Positions 50,079 through 60,396 of a DNA stretch of 64,000 nt are shown here, in pieces. Numbering within the stretch: position 1 is the first letter of the stretch; the number at the start of each line of letters is the position of its first letter. The notes under the pieces were generated by a model. The model saw only the letters and a program-made list of their open reading frames with translations. It was not told the DNA's origin and searched no databases. The stretch is from Candidatus Latescibacterota bacterium. GTDB taxonomy: Bacteria > Latescibacterota > UBA2968 > GCA-2709665. Position numbers and translations under genes: made by a program. The stretch covers positions 5,536,001-5,600,000 of the forward strand of contig OZ244744.1 in the NCBI GenBank assembly GCA_965219455.1, in the 5' to 3' direction.

Positions 50079-51656
50079 TCACTCCGGCATCAGACGCACC
50101 CGAAAAACGACGGGGCCCATCCCGAGTTCATCATTGTTGTCCAGGACAACATGTTCACCGGGAGATATCAGACGCCCATTGATCGTCGTACCGTTCGTGG
50201 AGTTCAGATCCTCCGCGTAGAGGCGCCCGCCGGTATAGATGAGCCTGACGTGTTCGCGGGAGACGGCTTCGTGGTCGATTATGAATTCCGAGTTGGCGGG
50301 ACTTCTCCCCAGCGCGACTCCGGACGGCAGCGCCAGCGCCGGAATGCTCAACACAAACGGCCGCCCGGTGTCGTCCTGGCCCTCCAGTAAACACCTGAAC
50401 GGCGCGGGGTGAGGCGCGCGCGCCGCGGCCTGCCGCGCGGCTTCGGCCTCCCGTTCCGCCTCGCTGGCACGGGATGAACTGCTCTGCACCTGCGCCTTCT
50501 TCGAGCGGGCGAACAGGAACCAGCCCAGAAGCAACAGAATGACGAAGGCAGCCCCTGCAACTACGGTCCATCGAAACCGTTCGGACGCCTCTTCCTGGCC
50601 CTTCCTGTTGACCTCTGCCAGGCTATCCCGAGTTGCTTCGAGTCGATCTGCCGCCGCCCTTCTTATGGAATCCGCACGCGCGCGGGCCAGGGAATCCGCC
50701 CTTGCGTGCGCCCGTGTCAAACTGTCTTCCCGCGCATGTTTCAAGGAATCGCCCCGGGCCTGCGCGCGTTCGAGGCGTCCTCTTTCTGCCCTCAGGCGTT
50801 CCTCCGCCGCCGCCTTAATGGAGTCCTCCCGCGCCTGATTCAGGGAATCGGTCTTTGCCCGTTCCCGTCTCAGACTGTCTTCACGTGCCTGTGTCAGGGA
50901 ATCTGTTCGTGCCTGCGCCCGTCTCAAGCTGTCTTCCCTCGCTTCCGCCCGTTCAATGGCAGTCAGGCACGCGTCGTCAACCACGGTATGGGCGATTTCC
51001 CGTTCCCTGAGCGCGGCAATGACGTCGCCGCTGCGCAGGGCGAAGACGGTTCCCCTGGGATCCTTGACGTTCCGGAACGGCCAGCGCCCGCTATCCGGGT
51101 CCGGCAGGTTGATTCCGATTACCTTCCCACATTCATTAAACACGGGCATACCGAACGCCCTGGACTTCACGATGGCGTTGTGCTGCAGCAGATGTACGAG
51201 GGAATCGGCGGCGGTTCTGCCGAGTATGTCCTGGTGGGCGCCGATGGTACCGCGCGCAATCCGGACACTGTCACCAGCGGTGAATGTGAGGGTCTCCACC
51301 ACCCGTCCCACGTCCGACCCCTGCACAGACAGACTCAGGGGCGGGGATCCCAGGCCCTGCACGCGCAACAGAGCGAGGTTCATCTCGCGGCTGGCAAACA
51401 CCTCCTGCGCCACGATCTCCGCACCCGTCTTCAGGGACAATACCGTTACCCGGTCCGCATTCGCCAGGAGATGCGCGTTGGTCAGCACGTCCCCGTTTCC
51501 ATTCACGACAAAGCCGCTCCCTTCCGCCGCGACCTTGTTATATCTGTACGCACGCACCCGGACAACGCTCTCGGATACGACGTCGACGTCGGTCTGCCCG
51601 AACGCCGGGCCGGCCAGTGCGAACACAGCGATTTGCACAAGCAACGAGACACGCAT
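50079..51656 (-). CDS. Degenerate trypsin-like - TM - FHA protein (copy B)
   Basis: Paralog of 18493-20070; same NLALL and AFGMP substitutions; start ATG 51656. Confidence 0.85.
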   Translation of the reverse strand: MRVSLLVQIAVFALAGPAFGQTDVDVVSESVVRVRAYRYNKVAAEGSGFVVNGNGDVLTNAHLLANADRVTVLSLKTGAEIVAQEVFASREMNLALLRVQGLGSPPLSLSVQGSDVGRVVETLTFTAGDSVRIARGTIGAHQDILGRTAADSLVHLLQHNAIVKSRAFGMPVFNECGKVIGINLPDPDSGRWPFRNVKDPRGTVFALRSGDVIAALREREIAHTVVDDACLTAIERAEAREDSLRRAQARTDSLTQAREDSLRRERAKTDSLNQAREDSIKAAAEERLRAERGRLERAQARGDSLKHAREDSLTRAHARADSLARARADSIRRAAADRLEATRDSLAEVNRKGQEEASERFRWTVVAGAAFVILLLLGWFLFARSKKAQVQSSSSRASEAEREAEAARQAAARAPHPAPFRCLLEGQDDTGRPFVLSIPALALPSGVALGRSPANSEFIIDHEAVSREHVRLIYTGGRLYAEDLNSTNGTTINGRLISPGEHVVLDNNDELGMGPVVFRVRLMPE

Positions 51657-52161
51657 AAACAGACTCTCCTGAAGAAAGTGATAGGTATCACGTGTACGGA
51701 CGGGACGGACGATTTTGAGGTTTTGTCCTGTCCATATATCCCAATTTTGCGCATTCAAATCTTGCGGGCGAGGACGCCCGCGTTCCCAGGGGGTACCCTG
51801 AGGGCGAGTGCGTCCGCCCGAGTTTGTTGACGATAGCTTCAGCCCCAGTTGCAGCGGAAGCCGCGGAAGATTCTTCGACTCCGCTCAGAATGACAGGGCG
51901 ACGAATGACGTTGACGTCCCCCCACCGCATCAGCCTTTGCCTGCCCTTCGACAAGCTCAGGGGACCGGCTCGGCTTCTGCCTGCCTGTCCTGCGGACGCA
52001 GGCAGGCGACTCCCCCTCAAAGGGGGAGCGATGCGGTGTGAAGGCGCTTTCTCAATGGGTTCGCCAACAGCGCAATCGACGCGCGGGTTATTTGGTTATC
52101 GGGTTCCGTTGTTTACACCCGAGCGAGACACGCAGTCAGCCGGTCGATCCCGGAAAAATCG

Positions 52162-52184
52162 CCAGGGGGGCGCAGCCCCCCTGG
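52162..52184. promoter_or_regulatory. DGR target-recognition hairpin downstream of VR8
   Basis: ccaggggggc-gca-gcccccctgg. Confidence 0.85.
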
Positions 52185-52213
52185 ACCCCCGTAAGGCGTA
52201 AAGAGGTAAAGAC

Positions 52214-54661
52214 TTAAGGGTTAAGCGTCCGGGCAATACGGAAACCGTTGTCGTAGTACCGTTCGCCGGAGGAGTCCCTGTCGCGGTCCGCGGCGCGGAG
52301 GTACCTTGGGTTGCTGTCCCACGAGCCGCCGCGCAACACGCGACGCGCGCAATCACCGCGCTCCCACACCGATCCGTCAGAAGGGGCGCCCGTATAGCTG
52401 TTGTTCCTGCAATCTCCCACCCACTCCCATACGTTCCCGTGCACGTCGTACATTCCCCACGCGTTCGCCGAAAACGAACCCACAGGCGCCGTCTTCTCAT
52501 TGTCCCACCGACTACCGCACCCGTTGCAATTCGCTCTGTTGTGACCGATCTCATTCCCCCAGTTGTACCTCGTCGTCGTTCCCGCTCGCGCCACGTACTC
52601 CCACTCCGACTCGCTCAGCAGACGATACCTTCCTCCCGTCCTTTCCGACAACCACCGAACGTACAACTGCGCGTCATCCCAACTCACCCCCATCACCGGG
52701 CGGTTCCCACGGCCCCAGCCGCTGTCATTCGGACGATGTCCTCCACAACCCCCAGCAGATACGCACGCGTCCCACTGTGCAAACGTCACTTCATACACCC
52801 CAACCGCGAACCGATAGCCGATCCGCACGCGATGACGCGGACCCTCGTTCTCATAACGCCCCGTCTCCCCGCGCGGAGACCCCATCATGAACGATCCCGA
52901 CGGCACCACCACCATCTCCGGACATTCTGCACAGTCCCTGAATTTTCCGCCTACCGTCCTGCGCAGCCGCTGGGTTTCTCGCGCTGCCGACAGACGGCCT
53001 TCCTTCCCGGACAACACGCCCGCAGATGCATTGACAGAACGCAGCGATTCCACGTACCTGCCCGCGGCATCGAAATCATTCCGACCGAGCGATTCCTCGA
53101 ACTTCCGCTTATATTCCGCGATTTTAGCCTGACGAAGACGTTCTGCCTCCTGTGCGGCCAGCCGCGCCTTCTGCGCCCCCCGCGCCTCCGAAAGGCGACG
53201 CTCCAATCCCGGCAACACCGGCGCGTCGGCCCACACCCCGCGGATCCGCGAGACGTACCCTCCCGCCTTTTCGAAATTCCTGCCTCGCAACGCCGTCCCG
53301 AACTTCATCACGTAACGAGCTACAATGGTGTCCAGGCCCGCCGTCGCCTTTCGATGACCCGGCAACAGTTCCAACACCGCCTGATATTTCTCCCACGCAT
53401 TCGCGCCCGCGGGGCTTGTCAGTCGATCCCGCTCCAGGTCTTCGGCAGCGCCGCGCAACAATTCGGATATTTTTTCATCTCGCTGACGCTTCACCACATC
53501 CTCTGCCGCGGTTTGTCTCGCTATCACGGTTTCCTGCGCGCGGCGACGCTGGTCGGGGACATAGATATATTTATAGTAAGCGTAGCACCCTCCGATCAGA
53601 AGAGCCAACACGCACACGACCACGGCGGCGAACACCGGTCCTTTGCGCTTTTTGGGAGTCGCCGGACGGTCATCGGTGGCCCGATGGCCTGGCGCCGCGG
53701 CCGGCGCTCCCGCCCCTCTGACGCCCCCGCTCGACCGTTCCCCAGTACGTGCAGGCGCCGGCGAAGGCACGTCGTCCGACGTCGCTCCGGATAGCGCAGC
53801 ACGCCAGGCGGCCACGCTCTGCGGCCGGTCCGCCTTATCGACCTTGATCGCCCAATCGATCGCCGCAAGAAGGTCGGCGCCCGCCCGGCCCGCGCATCTC
53901 TCGGACACCGGAATCACCGCATCACCTATCACTCGTTCCGTGGCATCGGCCGGCGCCTCACCGGTCAACGCGCGATAGCACAGAGCGCCCAACGCGTACA
54001 GGTCCGTCCAGGGGCCCTGGTCGCCCTGGGTCGAATACTGCTCGATGGGCGCGTAGCCCGGCGTGATGATCGACGTGACCGATTTGCTCCGCGCGCCGAT
54101 CGCCTGCCGCGCCGCGCCGAAGTCCAGCAACACCGGCGAATTGTCCTCGTCACGGATGATGATATTGCCCGGTTTGATGTCGCGGTGCAGGAAGTCGGCC
54201 CCATGCACTACCTCGAGGCCGTCCAGGATCGGATTCAGGATGGCCTTGAGTTCTTCTTCTTTCAACGTCCATTTACGATCGAGATACGCCGAGAGGGTCT
54301 CCCCCTCGGCGTATTCCATCACGATATACGCCGTGCCGTGCGCCTCGAAGAAACGATGGACTTTGATGATGTGCCGATGGTCGAAGCGGGCCAGCGTGCG
54401 CGCCTCATCCAGGAATCTTTCCAGGCCCCACTCGAAGTCACCCCGGAACTGGCTCGCCTTCGGGGCCACGCTGTTATCGGCCGTGCGCGCAGCGATGTCG
54501 TCCGGGAGGTACTCCTTCACGGCCACGCCCTTGTCCAGGTTATGGTCAAAGCCCAAATACGTCATCCCGAAGCCGCCGAAACCCAGCACCCTCACCAGTT
54601 CGTACTCCTGGAGGCGGTGCCCCTGCGGCAGGGCGTTCAGAGGATGTTCCGCGTCGTTCAT
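52214..54661 (-). CDS. Receptor Ser/Thr kinase - TM - stalk - FGE-sulfatase protein, paralog 8
   Basis: Full kinase and FGE motifs. Confidence 0.93.
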   Translation of the reverse strand: MNDAEHPLNALPQGHRLQEYELVRVLGFGGFGMTYLGFDHNLDKGVAVKEYLPDDIAARTADNSVAPKASQFRGDFEWGLERFLDEARTLARFDHRHIIKVHRFFEAHGTAYIVMEYAEGETLSAYLDRKWTLKEEELKAILNPILDGLEVVHGADFLHRDIKPGNIIIRDEDNSPVLLDFGAARQAIGARSKSVTSIITPGYAPIEQYSTQGDQGPWTDLYALGALCYRALTGEAPADATERVIGDAVIPVSERCAGRAGADLLAAIDWAIKVDKADRPQSVAAWRAALSGATSDDVPSPAPARTGERSSGGVRGAGAPAAAPGHRATDDRPATPKKRKGPVFAAVVVCVLALLIGGCYAYYKYIYVPDQRRRAQETVIARQTAAEDVVKRQRDEKISELLRGAAEDLERDRLTSPAGANAWEKYQAVLELLPGHRKATAGLDTIVARYVMKFGTALRGRNFEKAGGYVSRIRGVWADAPVLPGLERRLSEARGAQKARLAAQEAERLRQAKIAEYKRKFEESLGRNDFDAAGRYVESLRSVNASAGVLSGKEGRLSAARETQRLRRTVGGKFRDCAECPEMVVVPSGSFMMGSPRGETGRYENEGPRHRVRIGYRFAVGVYEVTFAQWDACVSAGGCGGHRPNDSGWGRGNRPVMGVSWDDAQLYVRWLSERTGGRYRLLSESEWEYVARAGTTTRYNWGNEIGHNRANCNGCGSRWDNEKTAPVGSFSANAWGMYDVHGNVWEWVGDCRNNSYTGAPSDGSVWERGDCARRVLRGGSWDSNPRYLRAADRDRDSSGERYYDNGFRIARTLNP
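52224..52344 (-). repeat. DGR variable region VR8 (second template family)
   Basis: Colinear with the TR; shares fixed non-A differences with VR4. Confidence 0.8.
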
Positions 54662-55303
54662 GGTGTTTTCCTCACGTCGTTTTCAATTGCAAAACCCAAC
54701 GAGGGCAGGGATGCCCTCGGTCCCGGGGAGCAGCGGTCAGCGATCAGCAGGAAGCAGACAGCTACAACCGGTTAACGATACGGACATGCGATTTCGTTCA
54801 GCGACGTCTGCGCCAACACGTGGGCAACCACAAGGGTTGCCCCTACAACTACAGAAACGGCGCCACGAGGGCAAGATGCCCTCGGTCCCAGGGGAAACCC
54901 ACGCGGTCCGGGAGATGTTGCAAAACGCAACAGATGGCGCAATTTGCGACAGTATGGCGCGCACGATGCCGACCATGCCCAACGTTGGCCGGTCAGGGAA
55001 CCGACGGTCTCTTTTTCCTGTCGCGTTTTGTCAGGATGACAACCATACGGCACACTCGCCAGCCTGAGAAGACACGTGATTTGCAATATAAGTATTAATT
55101 TCCATTGATGCAACTATAAGATTTATACGTATTTATCTACTTTTTACGTTTTTATATACTGCCCGACAGGTTTTCCCACGAGATTAGCCATCGTTGTGGC
55201 TGATTGATCTCATCGGCGTTGACTTCAGAGGCATTCAAATGTGTGCTGCGGATACCGGCTGGACGCTATCGTGGAACACAGTGAAAACAGGGTCAGAACG
55301 CAA

Positions 55304-55335
55304 CAAGGGGCTATGTCAACGGACATAACCCCTTG
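55304..55335 (-). terminator. Terminator-like hairpin (homolog of 20565-20596)
   Basis: Stem kept through one compensatory pair change and one G-U pair on the minus strand; U-tract weak. Confidence 0.6.
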
Positions 55336-55346
55336 CGTGCAGATAT

Positions 55347-55387
55347 TCGCGGGCGCCCGGATTAGAACCGGTGCCCCGTTCCCGAAA
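55347..55387 (-). other. Degenerate 3' half of tRNA-Pro(CGG) (att-like fragment)
   Basis: ttcggga anticodon loop through ccggttctaatccgggcgccc. Confidence 0.65.
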
Positions 55388-55545
55388 CCCCAACACAAAC
55401 TTACAGTTTGTGTTACGACCGTACTGCAATCTGACGGTTGTGTAGCGGCCCCTGTACCGTTTGTATAGCGGCCCCTGTTCTGGTTATGTAGCGGGAGCCG
55501 CTGCGGCAGCAGTGACGTTCCGGTTCCACGGCGGCTCAATCGACG

Positions 55546-57411
55546 CTATTCGAAAATCCACGTGCCGAAGTTCTCGAACTCGACGCCCCGGTTGTAGCGG
55601 GTCTCCGTCCACGTGCTGAACTCGAGCACACGGGTCGTGTTTCGCCGGTGGGTCCATCTGTGCAGGTTGCCCTTGAGCCGTTCGCCAGGTCCGGGCGAAG
55701 CAATCTCCAGCGTCTCCCACGGAATGGCGATTTCAGCCGACCAGGAATCGTCTCCCTTACGCGTAGCGGTCTGATATTCCCCTTTCCAGGTGGAATCCCG
55801 CCCGTAGATCTCCCTCCCGGTGGCGATATCGCTTCCATGTTCCCTCCGTCCCGTGTCGGTCCGCGAGTCCCAGCGCACATTCGCGATATCCAGACGGATA
55901 TGATAGTAGGCCGTTGTCCCCTCGTCGGCGGCGATGACGACCTCCACCTGATCCGCCCTGCCGCCCAGATCGGTAAACAGCGCGGGGTGGGTCTTTTCCA
56001 TCTCGGGTTCATCACAGCAGAATGCCATGTAAAGCGCCGTGTCATCGTAAGTTATAAGCGCCTCGGTAACCGTCTCCAGTTCTTTCACCCGTGCCGCGAC
56101 GTAGTTGACGAAGGGCCCCGACGACCGTGCCTCTTTCCACGCCTCGTCCGTCAGATCCCCATCGATGTCCGGCGGAGAGGTGCGAAGTCGCGAAATCTGC
56201 AACGTCTTTGGCTGAATCGGCCGCTTCTCGGCCCTGATCTTCCCCAGGTGGCCCTTCCTGGCAATCTCGTCCACGTTGAAACCCAGCGGCCTTCCCTGCG
56301 CGACCTTCTCCTTTGCAGACCTGAGGGCGCCTTCCAGATAGCCGGGCAGGTTCCGTCCGGTCCACCAGTCCATGCGCTCGCTGTAGAACCAGACGTACCG
56401 GTCGCTGCTCACGAGCGACCAGTAGGCATTGTGTTCCACCCACAGCGCCCGTTCCTCGGGCGTGACGTAGGTCGCTTCGGTGTGGTTGGCCATGGTGCCG
56501 CACAGATAGTCTGCGTAAACGGCGCGCCCGACCTGGACCTGCCGGCGGTACTTGCCGCGAAGCTCTTCGGGAATCAACGCCTGTCCCGTCTGGCGAATGC
56601 CGTGGTAGGTCCTGAAATAGTGTAGTTCGTTGTTGTAGTAATAGGAGTGCTCGTCCCCGTCCACAATAACGGTCCCGGGACCGGCGGCCTCGAGGATACC
56701 GTTCATAAACGCGGGCAGGAGGCCATAGTAGTCCGACTTGAGAATGGCTTCCCGCCGGATTGGGTCGGTCTCCAGCGCGGCCTCCTGGAACCGGGGCATC
56801 GACGTCCAGAAGAGGGTGAGAATGACCGGATTTGGAAATTCCTCCTCGATCCGGTCCATATACTGCGCGCCCCGTTTCCGCACGATCCGCTCGTACTCGG
56901 CAAAGCTCTTCTCCTCCCGGTGCTTCTGCCACTCATATTTCCACGCGCAATACGGCCGCCCCCAGTAGACGAATTCCGGATCGAAGGCGAGTCCCACGCA
57001 GCCGCCCACCCGCGCGGCCTTCGCGCACCAGCCGATATTGCGCAAAAAGGGGCTGTTCTCACCCCAAAGGGCATCGTCGAACCAGTCCACATTGTCGTCG
57101 CAGTGGAAGTAGATGAAGTTGTCCGTAAACTTCCGCCACTCGATCTTTCCCATCGCTTCGATTTCGGCTTCGGCGTCCGCTTCGGCGAGATCCGCCATGT
57201 AAAACGTATGGCCGAAAGTCGGACGGATCAGGATGCCGTCGAAAGGGCGTTTCTCCATCTCCCGGATATGCTCCGCCACGTAGCTCGGCGGCTTCAGATC
57301 CCACCCCAGCTTGACCAGTTTCTTGGGCACCGTCCGGCCGTATGCCTTTAGCGGCAGGCCGACCAGTACCAGGAACATCAGCGACCATCCGATGACCATC
57401 CACGGTATCAT
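55546..57411 (-). CDS. Secreted/membrane-anchored protein with C-terminal CBM9-like sugar-binding domain
   Basis: N-terminal hydrophobic segment; PPDIDGDLTDEAW...YDDTALYMAF...WSAEIAIPW; N-terminal domain not identified. Confidence 0.65.
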   Translation of the reverse strand: MIPWMVIGWSLMFLVLVGLPLKAYGRTVPKKLVKLGWDLKPPSYVAEHIREMEKRPFDGILIRPTFGHTFYMADLAEADAEAEIEAMGKIEWRKFTDNFIYFHCDDNVDWFDDALWGENSPFLRNIGWCAKAARVGGCVGLAFDPEFVYWGRPYCAWKYEWQKHREEKSFAEYERIVRKRGAQYMDRIEEEFPNPVILTLFWTSMPRFQEAALETDPIRREAILKSDYYGLLPAFMNGILEAAGPGTVIVDGDEHSYYYNNELHYFRTYHGIRQTGQALIPEELRGKYRRQVQVGRAVYADYLCGTMANHTEATYVTPEERALWVEHNAYWSLVSSDRYVWFYSERMDWWTGRNLPGYLEGALRSAKEKVAQGRPLGFNVDEIARKGHLGKIRAEKRPIQPKTLQISRLRTSPPDIDGDLTDEAWKEARSSGPFVNYVAARVKELETVTEALITYDDTALYMAFCCDEPEMEKTHPALFTDLGGRADQVEVVIAADEGTTAYYHIRLDIANVRWDSRTDTGRREHGSDIATGREIYGRDSTWKGEYQTATRKGDDSWSAEIAIPWETLEIASPGPGERLKGNLHRWTHRRNTTRVLEFSTWTETRYNRGVEFENFGTWIFE

Positions 57412-57549
57412 GTCTCGACCCCTTTTCAAAACGCCAACTGTCCGTATGGTGGCCCGGTATCACGCCGTTGCGGGAATCAAATCAAGATGTGGAAAGACAT
57501 TCACGCAACAAGGGTCTACGTCAAATCGACATAAACCCTTGTTTTTTAA

Positions 57550-57626
57550 TGGTCGGGGCGCCCGGATTCGAACCGGGGGCCTCCTGCTCCCGAAGCAGGC
57601 GCTCTACCGGACTGAGCCACGCCCCG
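57550..57626 (-). tRNA. tRNA-Pro(CGG)
   Basis: Cloverleaf, anticodon arm cctgc-ttCGGga-gcagg, GGTTCGAATCC, encoded CCA. Confidence 0.96.
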
Positions 57627-57776
57627 AATTCGACACCTAAAATACAAGAAACCGTTCCGGTGGCAAGGAAAATCTCCGAAATGCTCAGGCAACGTGCAGC
57701 GAAAAAATCGACGACCGCGCCACCACGAGGGCAAACACGAGGGTTGCCTGTCTGCCGGACGGCAGGCCCCTGCAAT

Positions 57777-58736
57777 TCATCGGCGGCACGCCGATAGCCG
57801 GTTCAGCACGAACACCACCGCGAAACCCATCACGGCCAGTCCGACGGCAGCGGCCAGTTCGCCGTCAATCGTCCGGGGCAGGACGTTCAGCTGTACCAGT
57901 GGTGCGTCCACGGCGAGCGCCGAAATGTTGGCCTTCCAGGGCCAGATCTTCCGCAAAGAACCGGCCATGAACCCTGTCAACGTTGCAACGGTCAGATCGT
58001 GGTGCCGCCTGAAAATCCAGGCCAGAACCCGGGCGACACTCAGAATCCCGATGGCAGCGCCCGCCGTGAACAAGACAATAGGGAAAAGGTCCCGGTTGTT
58101 CAACGCCGTCAGGAGATACTCGTATTTGCCAAGCAGAACCAGAATGAACGAACCTGAGATACCGGGCAGAATCATCGCCGATATGGCAATGACGCCACAG
58201 AGCAGGAGAAACCACGGCGAATCCGGCGTCTTCACCGGCACGAGGCCGACAACAACGTAGAATAGCAATCCCGCCGCGAATACAGCGATCCAGGTCGATC
58301 CGCGCCACGCGACGACCCGTTTCCGTACCACGAAGACGGACGCTACAACCAGTCCGAAGAAGAATGCCCAGATCAGCTCCGGCCTATGGTGGAGCATCCA
58401 CTGAATACCTCGCGCCAGGCTTACGACAGCCAGCAGAATGCCGACAAGCACCGGGCCCAGAAACCGCCACGGAACCCTGTTCAGCGCCTCCCGGAGCCTG
58501 AGAGCAAGCAGCAGGCGGACGAAGCGGCGATCAACGGAACGGATCGAATAGATCAACTCCTCGTAAATACCCGTAACGAAGGCGATCGTCCCACCTGAAA
58601 CGCCCGGAACCACGTCCGCCGCGCCCATACAGACCCCGCGCAGTCCGAGGCCCAAGTAGTACTTCCAGCCCCGCCGCGCGAATGTCGGTTCTGTACCTCC
58701 CACGGTTTCCAGACCTCCTGAATTTACTGAGTTCAA
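57777..58736 (-). CDS. DUF368 family membrane protein
   Basis: MGAADVVPGVSGGTIA and AMILPGISGS motifs; exact start uncertain. Confidence 0.9.
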   Translation of the reverse strand: MNSVNSGGLETVGGTEPTFARRGWKYYLGLGLRGVCMGAADVVPGVSGGTIAFVTGIYEELIYSIRSVDRRFVRLLLALRLREALNRVPWRFLGPVLVGILLAVVSLARGIQWMLHHRPELIWAFFFGLVVASVFVVRKRVVAWRGSTWIAVFAAGLLFYVVVGLVPVKTPDSPWFLLLCGVIAISAMILPGISGSFILVLLGKYEYLLTALNNRDLFPIVLFTAGAAIGILSVARVLAWIFRRHHDLTVATLTGFMAGSLRKIWPWKANISALAVDAPLVQLNVLPRTIDGELAAAVGLAVMGFAVVFVLNRLSACRR

Positions 58737-58860
58737 CTTTTATTACGTCCGACGGCTTCGAAAACGGGGTGGCCGGTTGCCCTTCAACGCCGGGTGTGAC
58801 ACGACGACTGCCACCTGAAAAACAGGGACTCACGATCCACGTCGTAAGTCCCTGTCTGTA

Positions 58861-58937
58861 TGGTCGGAGCGACTGGATTTGAACCAGCGACCCCTATCAC
58901 CCCAAGATAGTGCGCTACCGGGCTGCGCCACGCTCCG
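58861..58937 (-). tRNA. tRNA-Pro(GGG)
   Basis: Cloverleaf, anticodon arm ctatc-ttGGGgt-gatag, GGTTCAAATCC, encoded CCA. Confidence 0.96.
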
Positions 58938-59085
58938 ATCTCAACTCGATTCCTGCCGGGGCGAAAATCTAAAGGGTCTTGCCATCGTCGTCAAGGGAAA
59001 TGTTGTACGTGAAGGCCGGGCGGTCCGATCCACCGTGCCGTCCGGATCACGACAAACCTGAAACGCAACGCCATACGAGCGCCTC

Positions 59086-60396
59086 TTATTCAGTCTTATA
59101 ATACAATGAACTATAGTATCGTTCGGCAATGACCTTGCACAGGATATTGACGACGGCCGCGGAGGGTATCGCGATGAGCATTCCGATGAATCCCCAGAAA
59201 TGGGCGCCGACAACCAGCGCAATCATCACCCAGACAGGATGCAGCCCGACGCGTTGCCCCACCACGCGAGGGGACAGGAAATTGCCTTCGATGCCCTGCA
59301 CAACGGCGAATATACCGATAACCTTTATCAGGTTGCCGCCGGGATCCGTGTCGAGTACTGCCACGAGACACGCCAGGCTGAACGCTACCGCCATTCCGAT
59401 GTAGGGAATCAGGTTGAAGAGCCCCGCCATGAGGCCCAGCAAGACGGCGTAGCGGATACCGAATACAAGAAGGCCGGCGGAGGTCAGCAGCGCGATAAAA
59501 CTGCTGACAAGCATCTGCCCGCGCAGGTATTGGCCCAGAACCTCGTCGACTTGCATCAGTAGTTCGCCGACGGGTGCGGCGTGCCGGCGGGGAAGAATCC
59601 GCGCGAGGATCTGTTTGATGCGCTCGTAGTCCTTAATCACATAAAACGTTACAAAAGGGATCATCAGAAAATTCAGAAGGGTGGCCAGTCCAGAACTCAA
59701 CCCATGGAGGGCCGCGGTGGTCTGCACGGCGAAAAGCTCGCCCAGCTTTGGCAATCGTTCCAGGAACAGCTGTTGGATCTCGCCCTTGCGAAGTGTTATC
59801 CCCAGCGACTGCAGCCACAAAAAGAACCGATCGTAGAGATCCTTGAGCGCGGCCGTATAGTTGGGAACCTGACGGCCGAAATCAAGGAGTTCATGGGTCA
59901 CCAACGGAATGACCACAATGCCGATGCCGGACAATGCCCCCAGTATGACGACCACCATCAGGGCGATGGCAATCGTGCGGGACATCCAGCGCTCCATAAG
60001 ACCAACAAGCGGAGACAGCAAGTAGGCCAGCACGAACGAGGTTACGAACGGCCAGAATAACCCTGCCATGTCGCCCATCAGCCAGGCGCCAAACAGCAGA
60101 ACCACCACCACCGCCACTCCCGCTTCAAACCTTACCCCCTTTCGCACCATTATCAGTATGGCGAGCAGCAGGAGACCGATCAGAAACGGAGAAAGATCCT
60201 GGTGAATGACGTAGAGGAAACCTACAAGAAACAAGAGTATCGCCATGCGAAAGAAAGGCCTGTCGCCAGACAAGAAGCCGGACGCGCGATCTTCCGATGC
60301 GGGAGACTGACTTTCCTCATTGCGGTTCAATTCGCCCTCTTTTGACCCCTGTTCGGCCTGTGATTCCGTTCGCATATCGTTGCCCGTAAAGGTCAC
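59086..60396 (-). CDS. AI-2E family transporter (PerM-like)
   Basis: LAYLLSPLV, YLRGQ, NLIPYIG, EGNFLSPRVVG, GLHPVWV. Confidence 0.9.
   Translation of the reverse strand: MTFTGNDMRTESQAEQGSKEGELNRNEESQSPASEDRASGFLSGDRPFFRMAILLFLVGFLYVIHQDLSPFLIGLLLLAILIMVRKGVRFEAGVAVVVVLLFGAWLMGDMAGLFWPFVTSFVLAYLLSPLVGLMERWMSRTIAIALMVVVILGALSGIGIVVIPLVTHELLDFGRQVPNYTAALKDLYDRFFLWLQSLGITLRKGEIQQLFLERLPKLGELFAVQTTAALHGLSSGLATLLNFLMIPFVTFYVIKDYERIKQILARILPRRHAAPVGELLMQVDEVLGQYLRGQMLVSSFIALLTSAGLLVFGIRYAVLLGLMAGLFNLIPYIGMAVAFSLACLVAVLDTDPGGNLIKVIGIFAVVQGIEGNFLSPRVVGQRVGLHPVWVMIALVVGAHFWGFIGMLIAIPSAAVVNILCKVIAERYYSSLYYKTE

Noticed and set aside
52439-53794. Long plus-strand ORFs opposite the kinase and protease genes
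   Set aside because: Antisense shadow ORFs expected in high-GC coding DNA; no motifs.
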